Shown: positions 1 to 7,875 of the stretch, one piece after another
How the letters are laid out: the number at the start of each line of letters is the position of its first letter
How positions within the stretch are numbered: position 1 is the stretch's first letter
Assembly (NCBI GenBank): GCA_036149055.1
Contig: JAYZQJ010000016.1
Coordinates: 1-10,295 of the forward strand
Length of the DNA: 10,295 nt
Direction of reading: 5' to 3'
Source: Myxococcota bacterium
GTDB taxonomy: Bacteria; Myxococcota_A; Polyangia; Polyangiales; Sandaracinaceae
The notes under the pieces: model-generated
Database searches by the model: none
What the model saw: the letters and a program-made list of their open reading frames with translations, nothing else
Told to the model about the DNA's origin: nothing
Program-made: the position numbers and the translations under genes

Positions 1-126
1 GGGGCCCCATTGGCGCTTTGCCCAATGGGGGGAGGGTTTGCCCCAAACCCTCCAGCAAGAAGCAGCGGGAGGGGGGCCCCATTGGCGCTTTGCCCAATGG
101 GGGGAGGGTTTGCACCAAACCCTCCA
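1..126. repeat. Tandem palindromic (REP/BIME-like) repeat, 72-bp period, two visible copies, cut by the window edge
   Basis: 1-54 and 73-126 are identical except C42/A114. Each copy has two hairpins: CCCCATTGG(5-13)/CCAATGGGG(22-30) and GGAGGGTTTG(31-40)/CAAACCCTCC(44-53). The single difference lies in a loop. Confidence 0.9.
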
Positions 127-131
127 AAAAC

Positions 132-1097
132 TCACAGATGGAAGGTGATGACGGCCTGGCCGCGGGCCTGGATGCCGACGGCGTCGCCGGTCTCCTCGAA
201 GCGGACGTCGGTCACGTCGTCGGAGCCCTCGACCGGCTCGTCGGTGGACTGGCGGTTCATGTTCAGGATGTCGACGGTGGCGGCGGCGCCGATGCTGAAC
301 CAGTGGGCGAGGTAGATGTCGAGGCCGGCGGCGCCGCTGAACGCGAAGCCGAAGACGGTGGTCTGCACGTCGTTCGGGTAGCTCACGCCCATCCCGCCGA
401 GGCTGTTCTCGACGTCGCTGTCGCCGTGCCAGCCCATGCCGAAGCCGACGCGCACGTAGGGCTTCACGATGGGGATGGGCAGCGCGAGGGTGACCTCGGC
501 GACCGCGGTGCCGACGTCGAAGCCGTCGTCGTAGTGGGCGAGCGCGCCGCGGATGCCGAAGCTCAGGAACTCGATCCGGAAGCCGAGGGCGAGGCCGCCC
601 ATCGGGCCGACGCCGCTCAGCTTCACGAAGGTCGGGTAGTAGTTGTTCTGGTCGATCGCGCGGAGGTCGACGTAGCTCACGCCGCCCATCAGCTCGATCC
701 AGAGGAAGTCGTAGGGGTCGCCCTCGTCCTCCTCCTCTTCCTCCTCCTCGCGAATGATCACCTGCGCGTACGCGGGGGTGTCGGCGCCGTCGGCGCCGGC
801 GGCGGGAGTGGGCTCGCCGCCTCGGGTGGAGGCCGGCTCGGGGCGCGGGTCTTCCGTCCGGGGCGGCGGGGACGTCTCCGCCGGGGGCGGCTCGGGGCTG
901 GCGGTCGGAGGCCGCTCGGGGCTGGCCGTCGGGCCCGGCGCCATCTCGTCGACGTCGGGCTCGTCCGTCTCGGGGGCCTCCTCGCTCTCGGGTGCCTCGT
1001 CGACCGCCGCCGGGTCACTCCCCGGGTCCTCCTCCTCCTGGGCGAGCGCGGGGGAGGTGAGCAGGCACAGGGCCAGCGCGACGCCGAGGGCCCTCAC
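132..1097 (-). CDS. Secreted hypothetical protein (321 aa): signal peptide, Pro/Glu-rich linker, probable C-terminal outer-membrane beta-barrel domain
   Basis: Track ORF 132..1415 is over-extended. GTG at 1097 has GGGAGG 5 nt upstream and opens a Sec signal ([23 protein letters not shown]). The C-terminal half has alternating Gly/aromatic strands ([25 protein letters not shown]) and ends ITFHL. The barrel call is inference. Confidence 0.8.
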   Translation of the reverse strand: MRALGVALALCLLTSPALAQEEEDPGSDPAAVDEAPESEEAPETDEPDVDEMAPGPTASPERPPTASPEPPPAETSPPPRTEDPRPEPASTRGGEPTPAAGADGADTPAYAQVIIREEEEEEEDEGDPYDFLWIELMGGVSYVDLRAIDQNNYYPTFVKLSGVGPMGGLALGFRIEFLSFGIRGALAHYDDGFDVGTAVAEVTLALPIPIVKPYVRVGFGMGWHGDSDVENSLGGMGVSYPNDVQTTVFGFAFSGAAGLDIYLAHWFSIGAAATVDILNMNRQSTDEPVEGSDDVTDVRFEETGDAVGIQARGQAVITFHL

Positions 1098-1273
1098 GGC
1101 TGCCTCCCGTTGGTCCGAGGCGTCGGCGCGGGCACGCCGGGGGCGTCGTCCGGGATCCGGTAGCCCTCGTCGAGCCACTGGCCGAGGTCGATGAGCTTGC
1201 AGCGGCGGGAGCAGAAGGGCGCGTGGTCGCCCTCGGGGGGCGCTTCGGACTTGCATACAGGACAAGCGGGCAT
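1094..1273 (-). CDS. yacG: DNA gyrase inhibitor YacG (zinc finger), 59 aa, absent from the ORF track
   Basis: Manual translation: [59 protein letters not shown]. It has C-x2-C-x13-C-x3-C and the YacG signature [15 protein letters not shown]...YRIP. The stop overlaps the next start (GTGA). Confidence 0.93.
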   Translation of the reverse strand: MPACPVCKSEAPPEGDHAPFCSRRCKLIDLGQWLDEGYRIPDDAPGVPAPTPRTNGRQP

Positions 1274-1293
1274 GGTTGTATGAGGGTACCACC

Positions 1294-2388
1294 ATGGCGA
1301 AACGGAAGAGCCGCCTCGGCGCGCGCCGCCGCAAGTCGACCCGGGGGCCGATCGGCGCGCCGCCCGGCACCCTCAGCGCCCACCCGGACGCGCAGCCGTC
1401 GCGGGCGAGCGTCATCGCCTACGGCCCCGAGGACATCCTCGAGCGCGTCGCCGAGAAGCCGTCCCGGGCGAAGAAGGACATGAGCGCCCGGGCGGTCGGC
1501 TGGCTCGACGTGGTCGGCCTCGCCGACGTCGAGCTGATCCGCGCGGTCGGCGAGACGTTCGAGCTGCACCCGCTCGCGCTCGAGGACGTCGTCAACCCGC
1601 ACCAGCGCGCCAAGGTCGAGGAGTACGAGAAGCGCACCTTCGTCGTGCTCCGCATGCCGTCGATTCACGAGGACGGCTCGCTCGACCTCGAGCAGGTCAG
1701 CCTCTTCTTCGGCGACAACTTCGTGCTGACCTTCCAGGAGCGCGAGGGCGACTGCTTCGAGCCGGTGCGCAACCGGATCCGCCAGGGCCGGGGGCGCATC
1801 CGATCCCGCGGGCCGGACTACCTCGCCTACGCGCTGATGGACGCGGTGGTCGACGCCTACTTCCCGCTCATCGAGCGCTACGGGGATCGGCTCGAGCGGC
1901 TCGAGGATCGGGTGCTCGAGGACCCGGAGGAGTCGCTCGTCAGCGAGATCCACGCCGTCAAGCGCGACCTCACCGCCATCCGCCGCGCGGTCTGGCCGCT
2001 CCGGGAGGCGGTCGGGATCCTGCTGCGCGAGGAGCGCGAGCTCGTCAGCGAGGAGACCCGCGTCTTCCTGCGCGACGTCTACGACCACACCATCCAGCTC
2101 GTGGAGCTCGTCGAGAGCCAGCGCGACATCGCCTCGGGGCTGCTCGACGTCTACCTCTCGAGCGTCAGCAACCGGATGAACGAGGTGATGAAGGTGCTGA
2201 CGATCATCGCCACCATCTTCATCCCGCTGAGCTTCGTCGCCGGCCTCTACGGCATGAACTTCGACCAGAGCTCGCCCTACAACATGCCCGAGCTGAGCTG
2301 GCGCCTCGGCTACCCGTGGGCGCTCGGCCTCATGCTCGCCATCTCGCTCGCCATGCTGTGGTACTTCCGCCGCAAGAAGTGGCTCTGA
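1294..2388 (+). CDS. corA: Magnesium/cobalt transporter CorA (364 aa)
   Basis: N-terminal [42 protein letters not shown] signature, MPEL loop, two C-terminal TM helices and an FRRKKWL end. ATG 1294 with GAGGG at 1282-1286 is preferred over TTG 1276. Confidence 0.95.
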   Translation: MAKRKSRLGARRRKSTRGPIGAPPGTLSAHPDAQPSRASVIAYGPEDILERVAEKPSRAKKDMSARAVGWLDVVGLADVELIRAVGETFELHPLALEDVVNPHQRAKVEEYEKRTFVVLRMPSIHEDGSLDLEQVSLFFGDNFVLTFQEREGDCFEPVRNRIRQGRGRIRSRGPDYLAYALMDAVVDAYFPLIERYGDRLERLEDRVLEDPEESLVSEIHAVKRDLTAIRRAVWPLREAVGILLREERELVSEETRVFLRDVYDHTIQLVELVESQRDIASGLLDVYLSSVSNRMNEVMKVLTIIATIFIPLSFVAGLYGMNFDQSSPYNMPELSWRLGYPWALGLMLAISLAMLWYFRRKKWL

Positions 2389-2403
2389 GCCGCTCCCCTC
2401 ACC

Positions 2404-3591
2404 ATGCGGATGCCCCGCTTCAGACTCCTCCGCCGGAGGCCGGATCGCTTCGAGGCGCTCGTCCAGGGCAACCGGGTGACGCTGCTCCACGACGGCGCGG
2501 CGTGTCTGCCGGCGATGCTCGAGGCCATCGCGGAGGCGCGGTCGGAGATCCTGTTCGAGATGTACTGGTTCGGCTCCGACCGCACCGGCCGGCGCTTCGC
2601 GGACGCGCTGTCCGAGAAGGCGCGCCAGGGCGTGAAGGTCTGCGTGATCTACGACGCCGTCGGCAGCCTCGAGGCCGAGGACGAGATGTTCCGCGGCATG
2701 CGCGAGGCGGGCTGCGACGTCCGCGAGTACAACCCGATCGCGCCGTGGCGGCACCGCTTCCACATCGGCCTCGTCAACAACCGCGACCACCGGAAGATCA
2801 TCGTCGTCGACCAGCACGTCGCGCTCACCGGCGGGGTCAACGTCGGCGACCCGTGGGCGCCCGAGAGCGAGGGCGGCGAGGGCTGGCGGGACGACATGAT
2901 CCGCATCGAGGGCGTCTCGGCGCTCGCCCTGCGAGACGTCTTCCTGACCACCTGGCGCGACCTCGGCGGCTCGGACCCCTCGCCGACGATGAGCCGGGCG
3001 GAGCTCTACGACTCCGGCGTGCGCATCCCCGAGCCCGACTCCGGCAGCCCGGTGCGGGTGCTCTCCAACGACTTCCGCGTCGCGCGGGCCGCCATCCGCC
3101 GCTCGTACCTGCGCGAGATCCGGCGCGCGACCAAACACATCTACATCTCCAACAGCTACTTCGTGCCCGACGGCGTGATCCGGCGCGCCCTCGCCCGCGC
3201 GGTGAAGCGCGGGGTGGACGTGAAGGTGCTCGTGCCCGGCGAGAGCGACGTGCCCGCGGTCCACTTCGCGGCGCGGCGCCTCTTCGGCTGGCTGATGAAG
3301 CGCGGCATCGAGCTCTGGGAGTGGAAGGGCACGGTGCTGCACGCCAAGACGGCGGTGATCGACGACCGCTGGTGCACGGTCGGCACCTACAACATGGATT
3401 ACCGCTCCTGGCGCACGAACCTCGAGGTGAACGTCGCGGTCGAGGACGAGGGCGTCGCGAGCGCGATGACGCGCCGGTTCCGCGCGGATCTCTCGCGCTC
3501 GCAGCGAGTCGACCCCCATGACTGGGGGTTCCGCCCCCTCTCCGAGCGCCTGCTCGAGAGCTTCTTCTATCTCTTCAGAAAGCTGCTCTGA
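2404..3591 (+). CDS. cls: Cardiolipin synthase-like phospholipase D (ClsB-like, no N-terminal TM helices)
   Basis: Two HKD motifs (HRKIIVVD..GGVNVG and HAKTAVID..GTYNMD), plus GNRVTLL, WRDDMIRIEG, NSYFVP and NLEVN. It starts 15 nt after the corA stop, so is probably co-transcribed. The start could be ATG 2410. Confidence 0.88.
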   Translation: MRMPRFRLLRRRPDRFEALVQGNRVTLLHDGAACLPAMLEAIAEARSEILFEMYWFGSDRTGRRFADALSEKARQGVKVCVIYDAVGSLEAEDEMFRGMREAGCDVREYNPIAPWRHRFHIGLVNNRDHRKIIVVDQHVALTGGVNVGDPWAPESEGGEGWRDDMIRIEGVSALALRDVFLTTWRDLGGSDPSPTMSRAELYDSGVRIPEPDSGSPVRVLSNDFRVARAAIRRSYLREIRRATKHIYISNSYFVPDGVIRRALARAVKRGVDVKVLVPGESDVPAVHFAARRLFGWLMKRGIELWEWKGTVLHAKTAVIDDRWCTVGTYNMDYRSWRTNLEVNVAVEDEGVASAMTRRFRADLSRSQRVDPHDWGFRPLSERLLESFFYLFRKLL

Positions 3592-3619
3592 CCGGTTTGT
3601 GGTCCCGCGGACCGGTCAG
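3588..3619 (+). terminator. Hairpin over the cls stop codon (possible terminator or mRNA stabiliser)
   Basis: CTGACCGGT(3588-3596)/ACCGGTCAG(3611-3619), extendable with G-U pairs. There is no U-tract, so the function is uncertain. Confidence 0.4.
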
Positions 3620-3683
3620 TAAGCTCGGGCCCAATCCCCGATGGGGGCTCCGAGTCCAAGGAAGGATTCAGCCGAAGGTGTCG

Positions 3684-5681
3684 ATGACTCAGCACGCGCG
3701 ATGGTCCGCTCTCTCCGTGACCCTGTCCGTCCTCCTCGTCAGCTGCGGGGGCGGCTCGGTGCGGCTCGCTCCGAGCTACGTGGCGGTCCACAACACGATG
3801 AGCGCGATGGGCCTCGTCCAGAGCGGCGAGATCAGCGAGGGCTCGCTGGCCGAGGGCGGCGTCGCCCGGGTCACCAGCCACATGCGGGCCGGCGACTGCT
3901 ACACCATCGTCGCGTTCGGCGGCGAGGGGGTGCGCGATCTCGACGTGGTCGTGATGGACGACACCGGCACCGAGGTCGCGACCGACCGGACGACCGACGC
4001 CCAGGCGGCGGCCCAGCTCTGCCCGGAGGCGGAGGGCGACTACCAGATCGCCGTCCGCATGACCCAGGGCAACGGCGGCTACGTCGTGACGAGCTGGTCG
4101 GGCATGCCGCGCGGGGGCGGCTCCGGTCCGGTCGCGGGCGGCGGCGGCGGTGGGCGGAGCAGCGGCACCTGCGGCAGCCCGCTCCCCCTCGCGATCGGCA
4201 CCCCGGTGCGCGGCAGCACGGTCGGCGCCTCCTCGTCGATGACCGGCAGCTGCATCCGCGGCGGCGAGGCGCCCGAGGTGGTCTACCAGATGACCATCGA
4301 GCGCCGCGCGCAGGTCAGCGTGACCATCAACTCCAGCTACGACGGCGCCCTCTACCTGCTCGGCACCTGCGGTGAGCTGCGCTCCGAGATCGCCTGCAAC
4401 GACGACGACCCGAACACGTCGCGCTCGCACATCGACACCACCCTCGACGCGGGCACCTACTTCGTCGTGGTCGACGGCTACGGCAACGACGCCGGCGACT
4501 TCGAGCTGGTCGTGCAGACCCAGGACCTCCAGAGCCTCGCCCAGGTCTGCGGCGGCGCGACCCCGCTGCGGCCGGGCGTGGCGGTGACCGGGAGCACGGC
4601 GGGGCAGCCGAACTACTTCACCGCGACCTGCGCCGGCGGCGCCGGCTCGCCCGACCGGGTCTACGCGCTCGACGTGCCGAGCCGCTCGCGGATGCGCCTG
4701 CGCATGCAGAGCACCTACGACGGCGCGCTCCACGTCCGCAGCGACTGCGCCAACCCGTCGTCGGAGCTCGCCTGCAACGACGATCACATCGACACCCGAC
4801 ACTCGATGGTCGTCGCGACCCTCGACCCCGGCCGCTACTACGTGTTCGCCGACGGCTACGGGTCGAACGAGCAGGGTGACTTCTCGATGCGCGCCGACCT
4901 CGCGCCGGTCGCGGGCGGCACCGCGCAGGGCGACCGCTGCGCGGCGCCGGGCACCGTGGCCGCGGGCCAGGACGTCGAGCTCGACACCTTCGGGGCCGCC
5001 GACGACTACCAGGCGAGCTGCGGCGGCGCGGGCGCGCCCGACGTGGTCTACCGCCTCGACGTGCAGGAGCGATCGCGGCTGCGGGCCACCGTGCAGCAGA
5101 GCGAGTTCCCGGCCGTGCTCTACCTCCAGTCCACCTGCGGGCAGCAGAGCTCGGAGGTCGCCTGCGCGGCGATCGGCGGCCAGGGCCAGGCGATGCTCGA
5201 CACCAACGTGCAGCCGGGCACCTACTTCCTCGTGGTCGACGGCGCGACCCAGGACGCCTTCGGGGCCGCCCGCCTCGAGGTGCAGCTCGAGAACCTGCAG
5301 GCGCTCGAGCAGGCGTGCCGCAGCGCCCCGCGCATCCGCCCGGGCCGCACCATCACCGGCGACACCGGCACCTCGAGCGACCGCTTCCAGGCGACCTGCG
5401 CCGGCAACGCGCAGAGCAACGACCTCGTCTACCGCCTGCAGCTCACCCGCCGGAGCCGCGTGGTGATCACGAGCGAGCAGCAGTACGACGGCGCGATCTA
5501 CATCCGGCGCGACTGCACGGACATGACCACCGAGGTGGCCTGCAACGACGACGAGGGCGACAACCGCCACTCGCGCGTGGAGACCACGCTCGACGCGGGC
5601 ACCTACTACGTCTTCGTCGACGGCTTCGCGAACAACAGCCAGGGCAGCTTCACGATGGACGTCGAGGTCTCGCGACCGTAG
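3684..5681 (+). CDS. Putative lipoprotein (665 aa) with an N-terminal beta-domain, Gly-rich linker and four Cys-containing PPC-like repeats
   Basis: ATG 3684 follows GAAGGTG. Signal MTQHARWSALSVTLSVLLVS|C carries a lipobox. Four 126-130-aa repeats share D/EVVY, ExAC(NDD) and LDxGTYxVxVDG motifs. Confidence 0.85.
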   Translation: MTQHARWSALSVTLSVLLVSCGGGSVRLAPSYVAVHNTMSAMGLVQSGEISEGSLAEGGVARVTSHMRAGDCYTIVAFGGEGVRDLDVVVMDDTGTEVATDRTTDAQAAAQLCPEAEGDYQIAVRMTQGNGGYVVTSWSGMPRGGGSGPVAGGGGGGRSSGTCGSPLPLAIGTPVRGSTVGASSSMTGSCIRGGEAPEVVYQMTIERRAQVSVTINSSYDGALYLLGTCGELRSEIACNDDDPNTSRSHIDTTLDAGTYFVVVDGYGNDAGDFELVVQTQDLQSLAQVCGGATPLRPGVAVTGSTAGQPNYFTATCAGGAGSPDRVYALDVPSRSRMRLRMQSTYDGALHVRSDCANPSSELACNDDHIDTRHSMVVATLDPGRYYVFADGYGSNEQGDFSMRADLAPVAGGTAQGDRCAAPGTVAAGQDVELDTFGAADDYQASCGGAGAPDVVYRLDVQERSRLRATVQQSEFPAVLYLQSTCGQQSSEVACAAIGGQGQAMLDTNVQPGTYFLVVDGATQDAFGAARLEVQLENLQALEQACRSAPRIRPGRTITGDTGTSSDRFQATCAGNAQSNDLVYRLQLTRRSRVVITSEQQYDGAIYIRRDCTDMTTEVACNDDEGDNRHSRVETTLDAGTYYVFVDGFANNSQGSFTMDVEVSRP

Positions 5682-5687
5682 CGACCC

Positions 5688-6659
5688 TCAGCCGCCGCCG
5701 ACGCGAATCCCGGAGAGCGCCTCCTCCATCTCGAGATGGAGGGCGCGGAGCTCGTCCTCGGTCAGGGTCTCCTCCGCCGGCTCGCTGGGCTCGGCGGGGG
5801 CGTCGGGCAGGCCTACGTGGAGGCCGCGGCGGATGAGTTCGAGGGTCGGCTCGAGGTCCGGCGGGGCCGGCTCGGAGGGCGGCGTCGTGATCTCGGGCGG
5901 CCGTGCGCCTCGCACGTAGCGCGGGGGCTCGCCCGGCCCGCTCAGGTCCACCCAGTAGGCGGGCTCCCGGCGAACGTCGACGTGCACGAAGACGCTGTTC
6001 GGGTACCAGCCCACGCCCGTCTCGGGGAAGGTCACCGCCAGGTCGCGGAGCTGGGCCCGGTCCACCCCGCGCACCCGGAGGTCGAGCGCGCGCCCGTGGT
6101 GATGGCGGCTGGTGCTGGGCGAGTGCGGGCGATAGCCGCTGATCAGCTCGATGGGCCGGCCGGGGAACGCCTCGCCGATCCGCTGGAGCCGGACGAGCAG
6201 CTCGGGGTGGAGGAGCCGGACGTCGGCCGCGAGGAAGGCCGGGTCCCCGTCCGAGTCCCGCCAGGCCGCCATCTCGGCCTCGGTGGGGGGCGCCTCGAGC
6301 TGCCGGGGGCGGGCGAGGATGGACACGGCCCGCAGCGCCTCGGGGGAGGGGGAGCCGGAGGCGTCGAGCAGCGGCAGGGTGATCCGCTCGCGCTCGCCGC
6401 CCATGAGGCGGACCACGGTCACCTCGATCGGGGGCTCTTCGGCAGCCGGTTCCGAGTCCGCAGCCGCGTCCGGGACCGCAGCCGCGTCCGAGACCGCAGC
6501 CGAGTCCGAGACCGCAGCCGAGGCCGGCGCCGAGTCCGGATCAGCCGGGGCCACAGGAGCGGGTGGGCCACCGAACCACACCGTCGTCACGCGCTGGGCG
6601 CTGGCGGGGCTCGCGAGCAGCCACAGCGCAGCGCTGAGGATCATGTAATACCTGCCCAC
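5688..6659 (-). CDS. Peptidase M15 family, YcbK/MepK (DUF882)-like peptidoglycan endopeptidase
   Basis: [15 protein letters not shown] (H-x6-D) and [16 protein letters not shown] (H-x-D) zinc motifs, plus a signal-like N-terminus ([11 protein letters not shown]). The start is GTG 6659 or ATG 6644. Confidence 0.88.
   Translation of the reverse strand: MGRYYMILSAALWLLASPASAQRVTTVWFGGPPAPVAPADPDSAPASAAVSDSAAVSDAAAVPDAAADSEPAAEEPPIEVTVVRLMGGERERITLPLLDASGSPSPEALRAVSILARPRQLEAPPTEAEMAAWRDSDGDPAFLAADVRLLHPELLVRLQRIGEAFPGRPIELISGYRPHSPSTSRHHHGRALDLRVRGVDRAQLRDLAVTFPETGVGWYPNSVFVHVDVRREPAYWVDLSGPGEPPRYVRGARPPEITTPPSEPAPPDLEPTLELIRRGLHVGLPDAPAEPSEPAEETLTEDELRALHLEMEEALSGIRVGGG
6440..6522. repeat. In-frame 18-bp tandem repeat (about 4.5 copies) in the M15 peptidase linker
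   Basis: CCGCAGCCGCGTCCGGGA (6458), CCGCAGCCGCGTCCGAGA (6476), CCGCAGCCGAGTCCGAGA (6494), a partial copy at 6512 and a degenerate one at 6440. It encodes (S/A)AAV(S/P)D. Confidence 0.85.
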
Positions 6660-6737
6660 ACATATACGCCTACGCCCGCACCCCGGAATGGGTCAACAAA
6701 ACGGCACGAGGCGTCGGTTGGCGCGGCCGGGCCCACG

Positions 6738-6752
6738 TGATATACCCCGCGC
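6738..6752 (+). promoter_or_regulatory. Extended -10 promoter of rpsB with GC-rich discriminator
   Basis: TG-A-TATACC followed by CCGCGC, directly before the leader. This matches the known extended -10 architecture of the E. coli rpsB promoter. The TSS is not determined. Confidence 0.6.
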
Positions 6753-6886
6753 GCTCCGACTCCCGGAGCCGGTGTAAATCACCGAAATCACACACACCCC
6801 CTGCTCGAAACGGACCGACTCCGGTGCCTCCCTCCCGGGAGGTGGTCGGCCGAGGGGGTGGAGGCGCAACCGGAAAGGACAGAGCC
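6753..6886 (+). ncRNA. t44: rpsB 5' leader (t44 / S2 autoregulatory element)
   Basis: Conserved landmarks ACACACAC (6790-6797), GGTGCC (6823-6828) and GTGGAGGC (6858-6865). Stems: CACCCCCT(6795-6802)/AGGGGGTG(6853-6860), CCGAC/GTCGG and GCCTCCC/GGGAGGT, with two small 5' hairpins at 6753-6769 and 6770-6784. Confidence 0.8.
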
Positions 6887-7828
6887 ATGAGTGAGACCGA
6901 GACGCAGACGGACACGTCTGCCCAGGACCAGAACGCCGCTCCCCAGGCCGAGGCGCCCGCCGCCGCTCCCCAGGCGGAGGCCCAGCCCCAGCAGCAGGTG
7001 CAGGACGATCACCCCGCGGCCAGCGGCGACCTCCCGATCGGGCTGCGCGCGCTGATCGACGCCGGCGTGCACTTCGGTCACCAGACCCGCCGCTGGAACC
7101 CGAAGATGCGCCCGTTCATCTTCGGCGCCCGCAACGGCATCCACATCATCGACCTCGACCAGACGGCCGTGCTCTTCAAGCGCGCGTACGACTTCTGCGT
7201 CGAGGCGGTGGCGCGCGGCGGCCACGTGCTCTTCGTCGGCACCAAGCGCCAGGCCGTGGACACCATCCGCGAAGAGGCGGAGCGCGCCGGTCAGTTCTAC
7301 GTCACCGGCCGCTGGCTCGGCGGCACGCTGACCAACTTCCGCACCGTGAAGGGCGCCATCGAGCGCCTCCGTGAGCTCGAGCGCATGTTCGACGACGGCA
7401 CCGCGGAGGCCTTCGTGAAGAAGGAGCAGCTCCGCATGCGTCGCGAGATGGAGCGCCTCGAGAAGTTCATCGGCGGCATCAAGATGATGAACACGCTCCC
7501 GTCGGTGCTCTTCGTCATCGACCCGCACCACGAGCACATCGCCATCCGCGAGGCCCGCAAGCTCCACATCCCGATCGTCGCGATCACGGACACCAACTGT
7601 GACCCCGACCTGATCGACTTCGTGGTGCCGGGCAACGACGACGCCATCCGCTCGATCAAGCTCTTCACCTCGCGCATCGCCGACGCGTGCGTCGCCGGCC
7701 AGCAGCGCCGCCGTGACTACGGTCAGCAGGGCTACGGCGTGCAGGGCCAGGGCGGCGACGTCCAGGTCGAGTTCTCGCGTGGTCGCCGCGGCGGCCGTGG
7801 CGGCGGTGGTGGCCGTCCGCGCCGCTGA
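6887..7828 (+). CDS. rpsB: 30S ribosomal protein S2 (313 aa) with N- and C-terminal extensions
   Basis: [47 protein letters not shown] and [10 protein letters not shown] motifs. ATG 6887 follows GAAAGGA. The track start at 6737 runs through the promoter and leader. Confidence 0.97.
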   Translation: MSETETQTDTSAQDQNAAPQAEAPAAAPQAEAQPQQQVQDDHPAASGDLPIGLRALIDAGVHFGHQTRRWNPKMRPFIFGARNGIHIIDLDQTAVLFKRAYDFCVEAVARGGHVLFVGTKRQAVDTIREEAERAGQFYVTGRWLGGTLTNFRTVKGAIERLRELERMFDDGTAEAFVKKEQLRMRREMERLEKFIGGIKMMNTLPSVLFVIDPHHEHIAIREARKLHIPIVAITDTNCDPDLIDFVVPGNDDAIRSIKLFTSRIADACVAGQQRRRDYGQQGYGVQGQGGDVQVEFSRGRRGGRGGGGGRPRR

Positions 7829-7875
7829 CCCCGATTTTCGAACCGACCCACGAACGCCAACCAGGAAAGAGGAAC

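Noticed and set aside
1..126. CRISPR array
   Set aside because: A 54-nt repeat with an 18-nt spacer is outside CRISPR dimensions, only two copies are visible, and no cas genes are in the window.
10..1194. Plus-strand ORFs 10..315, 18..1163 and 754..1194
   Set aside because: They are antisense shadows of the minus-strand gene or translations of the DNA repeat, with no recognisable motifs.
1098..1415. N-terminal 106 aa of track ORF 132..1415
   Set aside because: It overlaps yacG and corA. The SD and signal peptide place the start at GTG 1097.
1015..3519. 834-aa minus-strand ORF and the alternative-frame ORF 2316..3521
   Set aside because: They are shadows of corA and cls. Long stop-free frames are expected with this GC-rich codon usage.
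2404..3591. PLD-family nuclease or defence gene
   Set aside because: The two HKD motifs with cardiolipin-synthase flanking motifs and the housekeeping context point to lipid synthesis.
3567..5836. 667-aa minus-strand ORF and small Arg/Ala-rich ORFs within the lipoprotein gene
   Set aside because: They are antisense or off-frame shadows with low-complexity products.
5736..6915. ORFs 5736..6740, 6151..6648, 6670..6915 and the rpsB extension from 6737
   Set aside because: They are antisense to the peptidase or run across the rpsB promoter and leader RNA.
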